NCBI GenBank assembly: GCA_003559395.1
Contig: PWLL01000048.1
Span: 1 to 6,354 of the forward strand
DNA: 6,354 nucleotides
Direction of reading: 5' to 3'
Source: Candidatus Iainarchaeum sp.
Lineage (GTDB): Archaea; Iainarchaeota; Iainarchaeia; Iainarchaeales; CSSED10-239
Position 1 is the stretch's first letter; the number at the start of each line of letters is the position of its first letter. Positions 5,174 to 6,354 of the stretch are shown piece by piece. The notes under the pieces were generated by a model. The model was not told the origin of the DNA, ran no database searches, and saw only the letters and a list, made by a program, of their open reading frames with translations. Both the position numbers and the translations under genes were made by a program.

Positions 5174-6090
5174 AAGATATAAAAAATATAATTTCAATAA
5201 AAGATTTATCTTCAGAACAAATAAACTATATTCTTACAGTTGCAGAAGATATTGAAAAAAATCCAGAAAAATATAAAAATATACTTAGAGGAAAAGTTAT
5301 TGCGAGCTTGTTTTTTGAACCATCAACAAGAACAAAACTCTCATTTGAAACTGCAATAAAAAAACTTGGAGGAAATACTGTTGGGTTTGATGATATACAA
5401 ACAACTTCTGTAAAGAAAAAAGAAACCTTTAGTGATTCAATAAAAGTAATTGCAGGCTATTCAGATCTTGTTGTTATGAGAACAAAAATTGAAGGTGCTT
5501 CAAGACTTGCAAGCGAAATGACAGATAAACCCATAATTAATGGAGGAGATGGAACAAACCAACATCCAACACAAACACTCCTAGATCTTTATACTATTAA
5601 AAAAGAAAAAAAACTTGAGAATCTAACAATTGGTTTTTTTGGAGATTTAAAATATGGTAGAACCGTTCATTCTCTTGTTGAAGCAATTTCTTTATATCAA
5701 CCAAAAAAAATAAAATTTATTTCTGCTCCTCAATTTGGAATCGGTAAAGAATATTTAGAAATGTTAGATAAAAAAGAAATTGAATATGAAATACATGAAG
5801 AAGCAAAAGGAAATCTTAAAGATTTAGATATTTTGTATGTTACACGTACGCAAGTAGAAAGAATAGTAGAACCAATAGAAATAGAACCTTTGAAAAAAAA
5901 ATATACAATTACTAAAGAACTTTTAGATGCAGAAGAAAATCCAGAATTAATAGTTATGCATCCACTACCAAGAGTCTATGAAATTTCAAAAGAAATAGAT
6001 GATACAAAACATAATGTTTATTTTAAACAATCAAATAACGGAATACCAGTAAGAAAAGCACTAATATGTATTCTTTTAAAACTTGTATGA
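5170..6090 (+). CDS. pyrB: Aspartate carbamoyltransferase catalytic subunit
   Basis: All ATCase signature blocks are present: FFEPSTRTKLSFETA (STRT carbamoyl-phosphate loop), VVMRTKIEGASRLA, INGGDGTNQHPTQTLLDLYTI (HPTQ), GDLKYGRTVHSL, YVTRTQVERI and HPLPRVYEI. The 306-aa length is typical. It is followed directly by pyrI. Confidence 0.97.
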   Translation: MKDIKNIISIKDLSSEQINYILTVAEDIEKNPEKYKNILRGKVIASLFFEPSTRTKLSFETAIKKLGGNTVGFDDIQTTSVKKKETFSDSIKVIAGYSDLVVMRTKIEGASRLASEMTDKPIINGGDGTNQHPTQTLLDLYTIKKEKKLENLTIGFFGDLKYGRTVHSLVEAISLYQPKKIKFISAPQFGIGKEYLEMLDKKEIEYEIHEEAKGNLKDLDILYVTRTQVERIVEPIEIEPLKKKYTITKELLDAEENPELIVMHPLPRVYEISKEIDDTKHNVYFKQSNNGIPVRKALICILLKLV

Positions 6091-6096
6091 AGGTGA
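6091..6096 (+). promoter_or_regulatory. Shine-Dalgarno (AGGTGA) for pyrI
   Basis: In aggtgaaaaaATG the motif begins right after the pyrB TGA (6088-6090) and ends 4 nt before the ATG at 6101. Confidence 0.6.
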
Positions 6097-6100
6097 AAAA

Positions 6101-6354
6101 ATGATTGAAAGAAAAATTGGTACAATAGATAATGGAGTCGTAATAGATCATATAGAATGTGGAAAAACAAAAGAAATATCAAATATTTTACAACTAAGTG
6201 ATTTAAAAGAATTTGTTGTTGTTGCAAATAATCTTCAAAGTGAAAAACAAAATAAAAAAGATCTTATAAAAATTGAAGGAAAAGAACTTAATAAAGAAGA
6301 ACTTAACAAAATAGCACTAATTTCAAAAAATGCAACCATAAATATTATTAAAAA
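6101..6354 (+). CDS. pyrI: Aspartate carbamoyltransferase regulatory subunit, N-terminal (allosteric) domain; the 3' end is outside the window
   Basis: This ORF is absent from the supplied track because it runs off the window, so I translated it myself: MIERKIGTIDNGVVIDHIECGKTKEISNILQLSDLKEFVVVANNLQSEKQNKKDLIKIEGKELNKEELNKIALISKNATINIIK. It matches PyrI blocks: NGTVIDHI is seen as NGVVIDHI, and GRKDLIKIE as NKKDLIKIE. LALxAPxATVNxI is seen as IALISKNATINII. Its position after pyrB is the canonical one. Confidence 0.9.
   Translation, partial: MIERKIGTIDNGVVIDHIECGKTKEISNILQLSDLKEFVVVANNLQSEKQNKKDLIKIEGKELNKEELNKIALISKNATINIIK

Noticed and set aside
5314-5328. pyrB carbamoyl-phosphate loop reads STRTK instead of the common STRTR, and VMRT replaces VMRH further on
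   Set aside because: The residues I know to contact substrate are all present: S, T, R and T of the loop, the Arg of the MR block, HPTQ, and the R and Q of TRxQ. The changes are conservative or at neighbouring positions, so there is no sign of loss of function.
6018-6227. 69-aa minus-strand ORF spanning the pyrB/pyrI junction
   Set aside because: It overlaps the conserved C-terminus of PyrB and the conserved N-terminus of PyrI on the opposite strand. Its composition (QQQQ, L/F-rich) is typical of an antisense artefact.
1-6354. Alternative genetic code (for example UGA or UAG reassignment, as in some candidate phyla)
   Set aside because: TAA, TAG and TGA each terminate at least one well-supported ORF at the expected protein length. 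Examples are TGA for pyrB and the GNAT gene, TAG for the phosphatase and TAA for tlyA. No conserved domain is interrupted by an in-frame stop.
1-6354. CRISPR arrays, tRNA/rRNA genes, transposase or integrase genes, terminal inverted repeats
   Set aside because: Intergenic spacers are at most 181 bp and AT-rich, with no GC-rich stems suitable for tRNAs. There are no regularly spaced direct repeats. No ORF has recombinase or transposase motifs.

Overview
This window is very AT-rich (roughly three-quarters A+T by eye), compact and lysine-rich. TAA, TAG and TGA are all used as stops, so the genetic code looks standard. I support ten coding regions. In order they are: the 3' end of an unknown gene; a small secreted, C-terminally anchored protein (minus strand); a three-gene cluster built from dikinase parts; a TlyA-type rRNA 2'-O-methyltransferase; a lysine-rich coiled-coil orphan; a GNAT acetyltransferase; pyrB, whose start overlaps the GNAT stop; and the 5' part of pyrI. 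The dikinase-part cluster holds a stand-alone PPDK_N-type ATP-grasp domain, a histidine-phosphatase-superfamily protein, and on the opposite strand an unknown domain fused to a PEP-utilizer phosphohistidine swivel domain. Several features suggest an uncultivated small-genome archaeon (DPANN-like): adjacent pyrB-pyrI, TATA-like AT boxes upstream of first genes, Shine-Dalgarno motifs mainly before internal genes, and oligo-T tracts after stop codons. A CPR-like bacterium cannot be excluded from sequence alone. No rRNA, tRNA, CRISPR array or mobile element is visible. The main candidate for something undescribed is the region 714-3407. It carries an ATP-grasp domain and a phosphohistidine carrier as separate polypeptides on convergent strands. 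No PEP/pyruvate-binding TIM-barrel domain is present, and a histidine-phosphatase-fold gene sits between them, in frame with the ATP-grasp gene and separated from it by one TAA stop plus one sense codon. All family assignments come from motif recognition by eye, not from searches.
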